Shown: positions 19,340 through 30,955, counted from the stretch's first letter. The stretch is DNA of 64,000 bases from Treponemataceae bacterium (GCA_963677895.2 CAXXGJ010000002.1:128001-192000), one strand, 5' to 3'. A program made the numbers and translations. The notes: generated from the letters alone by a model not told the origin.

Positions 19340-20998
19340 AATGTCTCAGCTCTTCGGCTATGGCGAAGGCGCAGTCGCCCATCTTCTCCACGTGGCGGAT
19401 TAGATCGATATAGAGCAGTTCGGCCTTGACGTCGGCGCCCGCGCTCAGGCGTTTCCTGGCGAGCTTTTTCAGGTGCTTCTTGAAGGCGTCTATCTTGTCT
19501 TCCATTTCCGAAGCCATGCCCATCTCGATTTCCGTCATGCCGGTGTGCAGGCGCGCGGCCACGAAGCCCAGAAACTCGTCGACCATGTCGGAGAAGGGCT
19601 TGAGGGCTTCGAGCGACTCGGTTTCAAAACGAAGATGCTTGTTCCTTTTTTTCTTCAGGAGAAAAGCTATGCTCAGGCATTCGTCGGACATGTTCTCCAG
19701 CTCCGCGATGATGCGCAGCTTCATGCCCACGCGTCCGCGTGTCTTTTCCGACAGGTCGCTCTGCGTTATCTCGATGAGGAATTTCGATAGTTCCTCGTGC
19801 ATCATGTCCAGGTAGTTTTCCTTGGCGGTGAACCAGGTTATCTCCGTGTCGAAGTCGGCGGCCTCGACCGCTATGTTTTTCCGCACCCTGTCGAACATTG
19901 CCCGGGAAATCGTGGCCATGTCGGCTATCTCTTTCCGGGCGTGGATGAGGGAAAGTTCGGGCGTGGCCTTCAGCGTGGTGGGAAGGTAGATCGCGCGCAT
20001 TTCGGCCTCTTCCGGCTTCTCTTTGATGAGCCGGTTGAGGAGGGCCGCGTACTGGTTGACGAAGGGCAGGAGGATGATGGTGTTGACCGTATTGAAGAGC
20101 GTGTGGAGCATGGCGACGTGAATGCCCATGCTCTGCGCGGTTATCGGGCCGGGTACCACCCAGTCGACAAAAGCCATGAAGGGATTGAAGACGATGATGA
20201 CCCATATCGTGCCCAGCACATTGAAGAGAATATGGGCCCAGGCGGCTCGCTTGGCGTTGGCGCTCGCTCCTTTCGCTATCGAGGCGAGGAAGGCGTCGAA
20301 GGTGGTGCCGATGTTGGCTCCCAGGGTTATGGCCGCGGCGATGTTGAAGTCGATGATGCCCTGTGAGGCCATGGCTATGACGATGGCCAGTGTCGCGCTC
20401 GACGCGTTTATGAGAATGGTGAAGACCATGCCGGCCAGGACGGCGAGAATTATGGCTATATAGCCCATGTCCGAAAAGTTTTGGAGGAAAAGAAGGATTT
20501 CGCGCGAAGGCTCGGGGATGGCGTCGGCGATGAAGCCCAGGCCGAGAAATATGAACGCGAGCCCCATCAACGAGCTTCCATAGCTTCTGAAAGCGTCCGA
20601 GCGCTTCTTCATGATCGACATGAAAAAGCCCGCGCCGAAAATGGGAACGGCCAGCGCCGCGATGCTGAACTTCGCTATGCCTACGCCGGCGATGATCCAG
20701 CCGGTAAGCGTCGTCCCGATATTGGCGCCCATGATGACGCCGATCCCCTGGGTTAGGGAGAGAAGGCCGGCGTTGACGAAGGTGATGAGCATGACGGTGG
20801 TGGCGGAAGAAGATTGGACGGCAACGGTTACCACCGTTCCGTAAGGACCGCCATGATCCTGTTTTTGGTCATGAAATTGAGAGCGCTCTGCAGCTTTTCG
20901 CCGGCCGCTCTCTGTATGCCGTCGCTCGTTCGTTCCATGCCATACATGAAGAGGGCAAGCCCGCCCATCAATTCCAGAAACATCGCAACAATTTGCAT
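19329..20998 (-). pseudogene. Na/Pi cotransporter (NptA/YjbB family with PhoU-like C-domain) split by a 1-bp deletion near 20840; pseudogene or sequencing error
   Basis: N-terminus MQIVAMFLELMGGLALFMYGM...NRIMAVLT from ATG 20998 is in a different frame from TVVTVAVQSSSATT...GANIGTT; adding one G restores LTGTVVT. Confidence 0.85.
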
Positions 20999-21109
20999 CG
21001 CACCTTCCTCGGAGGCAGTATAGCCGGTTTTTAATATTGCTTGAAGATGGGGCTCGGACAGTTTTTGTCAGTGGCTTTTCTCGCGACGATGCGATAGAGT
21101 CTCCTCCGT

Positions 21110-21970
21110 ATGAAGAAGATCCTGTTTTCAGCCGCTCTTTTTTGGTCGGCCTTCGCTTTCTGCGCGGCGCAGTCCGCCCTTCTTCCGGCCGTCGTCGACC
21201 TGCTTCCCCGCCAGGTCTCATACGAAGCCGGACAGTTCCTTGTCGTCGTCGACACCGGCCACGGGACGAAGCCGGTCCTCAAGCCCTTCGGCTTCGCGTC
21301 CGACGTTCCTTCGACCGTCGCCGATTCGGACCGGGCGCTGAGGATAGAGGCGCTCGCCGTCCTCCCCGCCCCCATAGGCTTGAAGCAGACCGAACATTCG
21401 ACCCTACCCGATACGATGCGCATCCTGGCCCGGATACTGAACTCCGTAAACACGATGGAGGGCACCGAATATTGGTCGGCGAGCAGGCAGCGCATGCGAA
21501 CCCTCTATGCCGAAGCCTACAGGGTCGAGTCGGCGTCCAAACGCACAAGACTGCCCGATCCCGGCGACATTCCCTCGGTTCCGGGATCCTCCCAGCTTTT
21601 TTACGCCTTTCTGCGCGACCTGACTTTCGGCGGCAACGTGATGAAATACGATGTCCGTATCGGGGATTCCTTCATCGCCATGACAAACGAGAACGTCACG
21701 ACGGTGAGGTATTACATGCTCCCGCTCGCGTCGCCGGGCAACATGAGGAGCGGCCTTCTCGTCGTGCCCTGCAGGGAGGGACTTCTCGTCCACTTCCTGT
21801 CGACGATAGACGCGATCGATATATTGGAAAAAAGAGTGTTTGAATCGGCGGGCAATAAATCGCTTGCCGTTCTCGGATGGTTCGCTGAACAGACGGCGGC
21901 AGCCGGGCTCACTCAGGAACCGAGGCTGCCGAAGAATATCGAAGAGGTAAGAAATTTAAATGAGAGGTAG
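21110..21970 (+). CDS. Secreted spirochaete protein, DUF6675-like
   Basis: Signal peptide; GTEYWSASR..MRTLY and DLTFG motifs recalled for this family. Confidence 0.6.
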   Translation: MKKILFSAALFWSAFAFCAAQSALLPAVVDLLPRQVSYEAGQFLVVVDTGHGTKPVLKPFGFASDVPSTVADSDRALRIEALAVLPAPIGLKQTEHSTLPDTMRILARILNSVNTMEGTEYWSASRQRMRTLYAEAYRVESASKRTRLPDPGDIPSVPGSSQLFYAFLRDLTFGGNVMKYDVRIGDSFIAMTNENVTTVRYYMLPLASPGNMRSGLLVVPCREGLLVHFLSTIDAIDILEKRVFESAGNKSLAVLGWFAEQTAAAGLTQEPRLPKNIEEVRNLNER

Positions 21971-21972
21971 GC

Positions 21973-22197
21973 TCAGGCCTGCTGGACTTCCTTCACTTCA
22001 GGCACTACTTTTTTGAGATAGGCTTCGACGCCCTGTTTGAGGGTCATGAGGGCATAGGGGCAGGAACCGCAGGATCCGGTGAGCTTGACTTTGACGATTC
22101 CGTCGTCGCTTACGGACACGAGTTCGATATCGCCGCCGTCGGCCTGGAGCGAGGGGCGGACATCCTGTATCGCTGCTGTAACACGTTCATTCAACAT
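21973..22197 (-). CDS. NifU family Fe-S cluster carrier
   Basis: VRPSLQADGGDIELV, GSCGSCP. Confidence 0.92.
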   Translation of the reverse strand: MLNERVTAAIQDVRPSLQADGGDIELVSVSDDGIVKVKLTGSCGSCPYALMTLKQGVEAYLKKVVPEVKEVQQA

Positions 22198-22352
22198 TGG
22201 GATTCTCCTTGTGACAGGAGATAATCTAGCGATTTGCGGTATGATGGGTCAAGTTGCGTCAACCGACTCTCTCTGAGGAGGTTAACGAAGCTTCTAGCGG
22301 TTGTATTCCGAAATGTGATACAATCCAAATTATATTGATGGAAGGGATGTGG

Positions 22353-23108
22353 ATGGCACGCATCATAGTCTTCGTGAACCAAAAAGGCGGAGTTGGCAAG
22401 ACCACGAGCGCGATCAACATCGGCGCCGCCCTTGCGATACTCGGCAAGAGAACCCTGCTCATAGATTTCGACCCGCAGGGCAATATGACCTCCGGCGTCG
22501 GCGGTCCGTCGGGCGCCAAGGGCGTGTACCAGGTGATCTCGGGATTGAGGGAACTGAAAGAGGTTATCGTGGGCACGAAAGTCCCCAACCTGTTTCTCGC
22601 GCCTTCTTCGATCGACCTTTCGGGCGCCACCGTGGAGCTCGTCGAAAAGGAAGACAGGAACGAATACCTCAAGCGCGCCATCGCCACGGTGTCGGATGAC
22701 TACGATTACATCCTCGTCGACTGTCCGCCTTCCCTCGGCATCCTGACGCTCAACGGACTCAACGCCGCCACGGAAGTGATCATACCCCTGCAGTGCGAAT
22801 ATTTTGCCCTCGAAGGGCTTTCCCTGATCCTGCAGACCATAGGTCTCGTGCAGAAAAGCATGAATCCTTCGCTCAAGATTTGCGGCATCCTGCTGACCAT
22901 GTTCGACGGACGCACGAAGCTTTCGCAGGAAGTGGTGCGCCAAGTCACCGAATACTTCAGGGATAGAGTCTTCAAGACGATAGTGCCGAGAAACGTCAGG
23001 CTTTCCGAAGCCCCCTCGCACGGCCTGCCCGTGATGTACTACGACCCGACCTGCATCGGCGCGAGGAGCTACGAAGCCGTTGCCGAGGAGTTGATCAATC
23101 GTGTCTAA
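22353..23108 (+). CDS. parA: Chromosome partitioning ATPase ParA/Soj
   Basis: NQKGGVGKTT, DFDPQGN, DCPPSLG, QCEYFALEG, VRLSEAPSHG. Confidence 0.95.
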   Translation: MARIIVFVNQKGGVGKTTSAINIGAALAILGKRTLLIDFDPQGNMTSGVGGPSGAKGVYQVISGLRELKEVIVGTKVPNLFLAPSSIDLSGATVELVEKEDRNEYLKRAIATVSDDYDYILVDCPPSLGILTLNGLNAATEVIIPLQCEYFALEGLSLILQTIGLVQKSMNPSLKICGILLTMFDGRTKLSQEVVRQVTEYFRDRVFKTIVPRNVRLSEAPSHGLPVMYYDPTCIGARSYEAVAEELINRV

Positions 23109-24013
23109 GTTTGGTCTGGGCAAGGGACTCGGTGCCCTCATACCCGAGCATCAGCAGTATTATGACGCCGCGAAGAATCCGGTGGATATCGGCGGCAGCA
23201 TCACCATCGTTCCTCTTTCGCGGCTGAAGCCCAACCCCGACCAGCCGCGCAAGACTTTTCCCGATGGTTCGATCGAGGAGCTGGCCGATTCCATAAGGAA
23301 GCACGGTCTTCTCCAGCCCATCATCGCCGAGGCGGCAGGCGAAGGCGAGTTCGTCATCATCGCCGGCGAGCGCAGATTCCGCGCGGCGAGCAGGGCCGGC
23401 CTCTCGGAAGTGCCTGTCATCGTGCGGGCGGTATCTTCTGAAAAGCGTCTCCAGCTTTCGCTCATAGAAAACATCCAGCGCGAAGACCTCAACCCGATGG
23501 AAGAGGCTCAGGCCTACAACAGCCTCATGGAACTCACCGGTTATACCCAGGAGCAGGTGGCGGAGGCCGTGGGCAAGAACCGCAGCACCGTGGCGAACGC
23601 GCTCCGCATGCTTCGTCTCTCCGACGCCATGCAGTCGGCCGTGCGTGACGGCATCATCTCCGCCGGCCATGCCCGCAGCCTGCTCGCCGTATCCGATCAT
23701 CGGGCGCGCGAGGCTTTGTTCGCGCGCATTTGTCGCCGAGGGGCTCTCGGTCCGCCAGGCCGAATTGGCCGTACAGGAATTGGGCGGCTACGGCGGTGGC
23801 AAGAAAGCGGGCAAGAGCCGAAAATCGCCGAGAGGCGCCTCCGCGGACGATGCCCTGGAGCCGGATCTTCGCGCCCTGTGCGAAAAATTCATCGAGCGTT
23901 TCGGCACGAAGGTGGAAATCAAGGGTGATATGAAAAGCGGCTCCATAACGATTGACTATTATTCGCAGGACGACCTCCAGCGCATCCTGGACATTGTCGG
24001 GGAAGGCACATGA
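23101..24013 (+). pseudogene. parB: ParB/Spo0J interrupted by a 1-bp T insertion at 23729-23731; probably sequencing error
   Basis: GLGKGLGALI, NPDQPRK, AGERRFRA, ENIQREDL, HTH; C-terminus (GLSVRQAE...FGTKVEI...DDLQRIL) continues in another frame after ATTTGTC. Confidence 0.88.
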
Positions 24014-24726
24014 GAGTGCCGGCGAAGCTGATCGCGGTACTGCTTGCCTTCGCGGCCTCGGTCGCGGCGGCCGCGCCCGGTCCCGCGTTCCAGGACCAAA
24101 GCGTCGGCGAATACAAGGGTTTCAAGGTCCGCTGGGGCGTGGCCGCCGGCGCCGGAGAAGCTGGCTTCCCCTCGTCGGGAAGGCCGAGGCTTTCCGCCGT
24201 GGATGTCGTCAAGTTCAAGGACGAGGCCAGCGGCGAAAACCGTCTGCTTGGCAGCGGGGAAGCCCATGGCATATACCCTGTGTCCCTCGAGGCGGCGGTG
24301 TCCGCCGTGCTCGACTACAAAAACCTGAAAGCCATTTCGCCCCGCGTGCGGGAAGTGCGCATCTATGAAAACGGGCCTCCTCTCTGGAAGGTCTACGAGG
24401 ACATCGGCGTCGATTTCCTGGGCATATCGGTCGGCTATAAGCTGGATTCCGAAACCCTGCGCGACGATCTCCCCGGCGGCGCTGTAGGCGTTCGCGGCCG
24501 CATGCTGAAGAGCCACGACGGCAAACTTTACGAAGCCGATTCCTCCTGGTACTTTACCCGCCTCGCCGTGGGTGGAATTGAGTATACTTACATACGTACA
24601 TATTCCACTTCTGGACTGCGCGAGCCCGGCGCGGGCATCGCGGGCATCCTGAAGCTCTTTACCGCGGGCGACTTGCGCGATCAGGTCGCCTCCGTCGCGA
24701 AGGTAGCGGCAGCGTCCAGGCCATAG
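24010..24726 (+). CDS. Secreted hypothetical protein, possibly START/SRPBCC-like fold
   Basis: ATGA overlap with the parB stop; signal peptide; AVLDYKNLKAISPRVREVRI resembles the START helix-grip N-terminus. Confidence 0.6.
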   Translation: MRVPAKLIAVLLAFAASVAAAAPGPAFQDQSVGEYKGFKVRWGVAAGAGEAGFPSSGRPRLSAVDVVKFKDEASGENRLLGSGEAHGIYPVSLEAAVSAVLDYKNLKAISPRVREVRIYENGPPLWKVYEDIGVDFLGISVGYKLDSETLRDDLPGGAVGVRGRMLKSHDGKLYEADSSWYFTRLAVGGIEYTYIRTYSTSGLREPGAGIAGILKLFTAGDLRDQVASVAKVAAASRP

Positions 24727-24733
24727 GAGCAGC

Positions 24734-26623
24734 ATGCGGCGATCGAAGGTCGATCGATCGGGTCCTTTTCTCGCCCGTTCCCGTCAGGAGGGGTCATCCT
24801 GGCAATCGGTCATAGACAATAGATTCGATCAATACCGACGCCATTTCCTGAGCGCTTCTTTTCTCGTCGGACTGCAGCTGCCCGCCTTGATAGCCATCAT
24901 TTCCTGGAAAAACAGGGAGTTCAACAATTTCCTGCCCTTGATGATCGTCGAAGTCGTGCTTCTGGTGGGATTTACCATATCCAGGCGACTTTCCCGCCGC
25001 AGCACCGAAATTTTCATGACCATTTTCCTGGCAGCCTACCCCCTGGCCTACGCATGGGGCGCCTTCGCCCCGGGCAATCACCAGACCTATGTGGTCATAC
25101 TGCTCTGCATGCCTCCCATTTTCGACAGCCTCGCGCCGCCTCGCTATTATTGGCAGTTCTTCGCCTATGCCACGACTGTCGTCGCGGCCACCCTGCTGTC
25201 CTTCCTCATAGGCTATCCCTCGCACTGGATCGCGGACTTCAACATCGCGGTGATCCTGATGCTGCACAGCGCTTTTCTCGTGCTCTGGGCGCTCAGGTAT
25301 GTCACCAAGCGCCAGATGGGAAAGTATATCGTCGAGCTGGCCGACAATATCGTGAAGGACAAGGCGACGGGTTTGCCCACCATCGTCGCTTTCCGGGATT
25401 CCTTCGCGAAAGGCGATAAACTTTTCGTCGCCCTCATCGCCATAGGCAACTTCCATGAGCTGTCGGCGCTTTTCGGGTATTCGATCTCGACGAATATCCT
25501 CACCATCGCCGCTTCCCGGCTCGTGGAATGCCAGACCCAGCTTAAGGGAACGGCTTTTCGCCTCAGAGGTCACGATTTCGGCTTTCTCCATCCTATGGCG
25601 GAGGGGGAGTCGGCCAAGGATATCGTGGAAAAGCTGCGCCAGGGCATGAGAGGGCCTTTGGTTTTTCAGGGCAAGACCATCGAACTCAGTTACAGGATGG
25701 GGTATACGGTCGCCGGCGACGGAAACGCCGAGAAGTCGCTGGACGAAGCCGAGGACGCCCTCGAGATGGCGGAGCGGAGCGGACTGGACGCCGCGCAGTA
25801 TTCCGGGTCCTGGCAGCAGCTAACCCAGGCGGAGATCGCCATCGCCGATCTCATGACCCTGTCGCGCAACATCTCCGAGAAGACGCTGGAGGTGTTCTAT
25901 CAGCCTGTGATCTCGTTTTCCTCCGGGAAGACCGCATGGAATGAAGCCCTCGTCAGGTTCAAAGGAAAGGGCGAATACTACGAGGAGCCGTCGCGTTTCA
26001 TGTCTCTCGCTTCGACGACGGGTCATTGGGCCGCGATCGAGGATTTCATGTTCGAGAGGACCGTCCTCCGGGCTTGCGGTCGGGGCGGACCGGTTTCCGT
26101 CAATATCGCCCTGAGAGACCTCGACAGGGAAGGATTCCGCGTCGCCATCGAAGAGGGCGCGCGCCAGGCTTGGAAGAGCGGGTCGGTCATTATCCTGGAA
26201 ATCCTGGAGGGCGATTTTGGCTCCATGGACGGCGCGCGCATGGAATTCCTCAAGGAACTCAGGAAGGCCGGCTGCCTGATCGCCATCGACGATTTCGGAA
26301 CCGGCTACTCCAACTATTCCCGCCTCATCAACATGCCGGTCGATATCGTCAAATTCGACAAGTCGATGATATACAGCGCTCTTAATAGCACTGCGGAGGA
26401 GGCGCTTGTCCGGAGTCTTGTGATTTTCTGCCGCGATATTGGCGCTTTTACGGTGGCCGAAGGCGTGGAAACGAGGGAGTCGGCCGACTTCGTCCTGGCT
26501 ATGGGCTTCGATTTCGGTCAGGGCTATTTCTGGTCCAGGCCTGTCCCTGAATCTAAAGCGGAGATAGCTGAAAGAATGCTGCTAATTGCCCCAAGTCTTC
26601 TTCCTTTTACTAAGAAATCATGA
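24734..26623 (+). CDS. Membrane-bound degenerate-GGDEF / EAL c-di-GMP phosphodiesterase
   Basis: About 6 TM helices; DKATGLP; RGHDF in place of GGDEF; EAL, SVN, LEILE, DDFGTGYS, VKFD, AEGVE, QGY. Confidence 0.88.
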   Translation: MRRSKVDRSGPFLARSRQEGSSWQSVIDNRFDQYRRHFLSASFLVGLQLPALIAIISWKNREFNNFLPLMIVEVVLLVGFTISRRLSRRSTEIFMTIFLAAYPLAYAWGAFAPGNHQTYVVILLCMPPIFDSLAPPRYYWQFFAYATTVVAATLLSFLIGYPSHWIADFNIAVILMLHSAFLVLWALRYVTKRQMGKYIVELADNIVKDKATGLPTIVAFRDSFAKGDKLFVALIAIGNFHELSALFGYSISTNILTIAASRLVECQTQLKGTAFRLRGHDFGFLHPMAEGESAKDIVEKLRQGMRGPLVFQGKTIELSYRMGYTVAGDGNAEKSLDEAEDALEMAERSGLDAAQYSGSWQQLTQAEIAIADLMTLSRNISEKTLEVFYQPVISFSSGKTAWNEALVRFKGKGEYYEEPSRFMSLASTTGHWAAIEDFMFERTVLRACGRGGPVSVNIALRDLDREGFRVAIEEGARQAWKSGSVIILEILEGDFGSMDGARMEFLKELRKAGCLIAIDDFGTGYSNYSRLINMPVDIVKFDKSMIYSALNSTAEEALVRSLVIFCRDIGAFTVAEGVETRESADFVLAMGFDFGQGYFWSRPVPESKAEIAERMLLIAPSLLPFTKKS

Positions 26624-26874
26624 ACTCCATGAGCAACCATTAATGCATATTTTGTTGTCACTGCGCTTTTTTGAATGAATAATGGTAACGAGACTTTACC
26701 GGGGCGAAAAAGCATATTATTGTGTTTCATTGGATTTGCTCAGTAATTTAATAATTTGCTTTTTGTTTCTACAATTCTTCGGATGAAGTGAAAACGGATG
26801 AGTAACAAGGTATAGTGTCTCTAAACAGAACCGAGGATTTAAATGCAGTGTATTTACTTATATAGTATAGAATT

Positions 26875-26899
26875 CCCCCCCCCCCCCCCCCCCCCCCCC
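26875..26899. repeat. 25-nt poly-C homopolymer in an AT-rich intergenic region
   Basis: C run counted from 26875 to 26899; ends 64 nt before the ATG at 26964. Confidence 0.9.
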
Positions 26900-26963
26900 T
26901 AACCGATAAATATTTATCCAATAAGGGGATATCAGATTTTACCATCCGCAAGGATGAAGCCAA

Positions 26964-28805
26964 ATGAGCGTCGGCAATTCCTTCGAAGCTCTCTTCAATC
27001 TGAAGCGTTATCTACATACCTCTTGGTACGAAGGCCTTCTGGCCGACTTTGATGTCTTCAGAAAACGCTTTCTCATCGCATCATTCCTGATTGGCCTCTT
27101 AGTGCCCGCAGCCGTGGCCTTCGTCTCGATTAGGAAAGGTGAGTTCTTCAATTTGGTTCCCTTAGCGGTATCAGAGGTCGTCCTTGCCGGGGGAATGATC
27201 GCATCACTTCGCGCCTCCCGAAAGATGATCGGTTCTCTTGCCCATCTTGTCCTGACACTCTATCCAGTCCTCTACATCGTTGCTGTCCTGTCACGGTACA
27301 GCCACCACACGTACGTGATCCTCCTCATAGTGATGCCGCCTATCATCGAAGTCCTCTCGCCGCGCCGGGAGAAACTGCTGTGGTTCCTCTACTCGAGCGC
27401 CTTCATCGTGTTCGCGAACGTTCTCGCCGTGGCAGGCGTCCCAACGTCTTGGGTGCGCGACTTTTCGGCGGGCGAAATCGTAATCTTCCACTCCGCCACG
27501 TCCGTCGTTGCCGCCCTCAGCTATCTCAGAGACATGCAGATGATCCACTATCTCGAGGCCCAGGCGTATCGCATCGTCAGGGACGAGGCCACGGGGCTGC
27601 CTACGGCCGCGGCTTTAGGGGAAGCCCTGCTGACTTCCGGCGTGGGCATCCTCTGTGTCGTCTCAATAGACAATTTCTACGAGCTCTCGGCGCTCTTCGG
27701 CTATGAGTTTTGCGATGAGATCGTAGTGTACGCGGCATCACGCCTGGAGACCGCGGCGCAAAGGCTTGGCGGCCGCTGTTTCAAGCTCCATGGGAGAGAT
27801 TTGGGCGTCATGCGCTCCTGGGAGGGGGAGGACGAAGCCAAGGCGGACCTATACGTCCAGGAGTTCCATGCCGCCATCGGCGGTCCCGCCGAGCTGAAGG
27901 GAAAGCAGGTGGAAATTCAGTACTCCATCGGCTACACCTTCTTCAGGAATGGGAACGCGGCCAAGGCTCTCAACGAAGCGGGCGCTGTCCTCTGGCGTGG
28001 GGCCGGCCTTCACGGCGTGCACAGGCACGAAGGACAGTTGGACTCGGCCGCGGTGGATCTAGCCTTCTCCAGGCTCGCCACTCTATCCCGCTGCGTGCGC
28101 GAGGGAGGTCTCGAGGCCTACTTTCAACCCGTAGTGTTCCTGGCCGACGGCCGGCGAGTCTGGTATGAAACTCTCCTCAGAGTGAGGGGAGATACGGGGA
28201 AGCTGGAGGAGCCCTCCAGATATCTGGAGGTGGCGCGATCCGCGGGGTACTGGGGTATGATCACCGACTTCGTACTGGTCCGCGCGATCGATCGAATCAA
28301 GTCCGGATTCGGATCTGTTTCGGTCAACATCGGAGTCCTCGATCTCCGGAGAGAGGGGTTTTGGACCCTCGCGGCCGAAGGAGGCGCGCTGGCTCGCGAA
28401 CATGGCTGCAGGCTCATCCTCGAGCTCCTTGAGACCGACTCGAGTTATCTGACGGACCAGGAACTCGAGGTCGTAAAGATGCTCAGGGCCTCAGGGTGTC
28501 TTATCGCCATCGACGATTTCGGCAAAGGTTATTCGAACTACTCGCGACTTCTCAGCTTCCCTGTTGACATCGTAAAGTTTGATATGTCGCTCACGCAGAG
28601 GGCTGCCGGCGAGGCCTCCGTTGGGGTTCTCGTCGAGGGCCTCGCGCGATTCTGCTCGGACCTTGGGGTTGCCACTGTGGCTGAAGGAGTGGAGACGGAA
28701 CGAGAGGCGGACTTTTACAAGACTATCGGTTTCGATTACGGACAAGGCTTCTTCTGGTCGCGGGCCGTCCCCGCAGCCGAAGCTCCCGCATCGAGGCCAT
28801 GGTAG
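26964..28805 (+). CDS. Membrane-bound degenerate-GGDEF / EAL phosphodiesterase (paralog)
   Basis: About 6 TM helices; DEATGLP; HGRDL in place of GGDEF; ETL, DDFGKGYS, AEGVE, QGF. Confidence 0.88.
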   Translation: MSVGNSFEALFNLKRYLHTSWYEGLLADFDVFRKRFLIASFLIGLLVPAAVAFVSIRKGEFFNLVPLAVSEVVLAGGMIASLRASRKMIGSLAHLVLTLYPVLYIVAVLSRYSHHTYVILLIVMPPIIEVLSPRREKLLWFLYSSAFIVFANVLAVAGVPTSWVRDFSAGEIVIFHSATSVVAALSYLRDMQMIHYLEAQAYRIVRDEATGLPTAAALGEALLTSGVGILCVVSIDNFYELSALFGYEFCDEIVVYAASRLETAAQRLGGRCFKLHGRDLGVMRSWEGEDEAKADLYVQEFHAAIGGPAELKGKQVEIQYSIGYTFFRNGNAAKALNEAGAVLWRGAGLHGVHRHEGQLDSAAVDLAFSRLATLSRCVREGGLEAYFQPVVFLADGRRVWYETLLRVRGDTGKLEEPSRYLEVARSAGYWGMITDFVLVRAIDRIKSGFGSVSVNIGVLDLRREGFWTLAAEGGALAREHGCRLILELLETDSSYLTDQELEVVKMLRASGCLIAIDDFGKGYSNYSRLLSFPVDIVKFDMSLTQRAAGEASVGVLVEGLARFCSDLGVATVAEGVETEREADFYKTIGFDYGQGFFWSRAVPAAEAPASRPW

Positions 28806-28878
28806 AGAGGTCTATCGAACATCAAGCCCTCATGAGCGGGCATCCGCAGCGTCACAGTACTCCGGAGACTGACGCGCC

Positions 28879-30235
<1,357 letters not shown>

Positions 30236-30280
30236 GCAGCGTTTTCAAAAAACGGGGTCTAGCCCCGCTTTTTGGCTTTT

Positions 30281-30311
30281 ATAGGCTGCCCCGAAAGGGC
30301 AGCCTATTTTT
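30281..30311. terminator. Terminator between convergent eno and vapC (a second hairpin lies at about 30247-30273)
   Basis: ataggctgccc-cgaaa-gggcagcctat followed by T-run. Confidence 0.8.
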
Positions 30312-30708
30312 ACCGTGGAGGAAGAGCCGGCGCCACGTCCGTCTTCGAAAAGTCGCCGCCTTTGAAAAGAAGCGAATCGTTCAACGTCGAAGCCAGCGCA
30401 TAGGCGGCGCAATCGCCCAGGTTGAGCCCCGCGGCATGTCTCCCTTTGCCAAAGCGGCGCCAGGCCGCCATCGCGATCTCAGCCTGCCCTGAATCAAAAG
30501 GAATCGTTTCGACCTCGATAGTGGCCAGCAGCCTCGCCAAAGCCGCGGAACCCGCCTCTCCCTTTCTCGCCTCCACGACAATCATCGCTTCGAGCTTATT
30601 TACAGAGCTTAGGAATTTCCTGCCGGGGAAGGCCAGCGCCTCGATAAAATCACCAGCCTCGGTCTCCCCGAAAAGGACAGCCATTAAAGCCGAACTATCG
30701 ATCACCAT
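30310..30708 (-). CDS. vapC: Type II TA toxin VapC (PIN domain)
   Basis: MVIDSSAL, E, FGKGRH.A.LNLGDC..YA, LLFKG.DF..TD. Confidence 0.92.
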   Translation of the reverse strand: MVIDSSALMAVLFGETEAGDFIEALAFPGRKFLSSVNKLEAMIVVEARKGEAGSAALARLLATIEVETIPFDSGQAEIAMAAWRRFGKGRHAAGLNLGDCAAYALASTLNDSLLFKGGDFSKTDVAPALPPR

Positions 30709-30955
30709 CGGCAAACTCCCCGGCCGCTCCGTAACCGAGGATTTCCTCGGGACTGCGCCTGTCCAGATCGGGCAGGACCGCGCATTCGGCGGCAATCTTC
30801 GTTAATGCATCGCGGCGAGGGATATAATCGCGGTCGTCACTGATGAGACTGGCTTCGAGCGCCTCTACGATGACCTCTGTCATAGTGCTGCCTTTTCGAT
30901 GCGCGAGATCGCGGGCGAGCCGCTCAACCCGTGGATTTCTTATGCTGATGGCCAT
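30695..30955 (-). CDS. vapB: Type II TA antitoxin VapB (RHH, Rv0623-like)
   Basis: MAISIRNPRVERLARDLA...SMTEVI; DRRSPEEILGY; overlaps the vapC start. Confidence 0.88.
   Translation of the reverse strand: MAISIRNPRVERLARDLAHRKGSTMTEVIVEALEASLISDDRDYIPRRDALTKIAAECAVLPDLDRRSPEEILGYGAAGEFADGDR

Noticed and set aside
20999..21221. Extended N-termini in the ORF track (also 6340, 12153, 13926, 18311, 22254, 43821, 48330, 60190, 62206)
   Set aside because: They overlap neighbouring genes or promoters; downstream starts fit SD sites or family N-termini better
23701..23760. Programmed ribosomal frameshift in parB
   Set aside because: No slippery heptamer or clear stimulatory structure; a simple homopolymer indel explains it
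22198..24013. parS site or replication origin near parAB
   Set aside because: I did not spot a TGTTTCACGTGAAACA-like palindrome or a DnaA-box cluster, and no dnaA/gidA genes; by-eye scan only
25360..25780. Active diguanylate cyclase domains in the EAL proteins
   Set aside because: The GG(D/E)EF motif is replaced by RGHDF and HGRDL
26769..26963. 64-aa minus-strand ORF with a poly-Gly run
   Set aside because: The Gly run is just the translated poly-C tract; no SD, atypical composition
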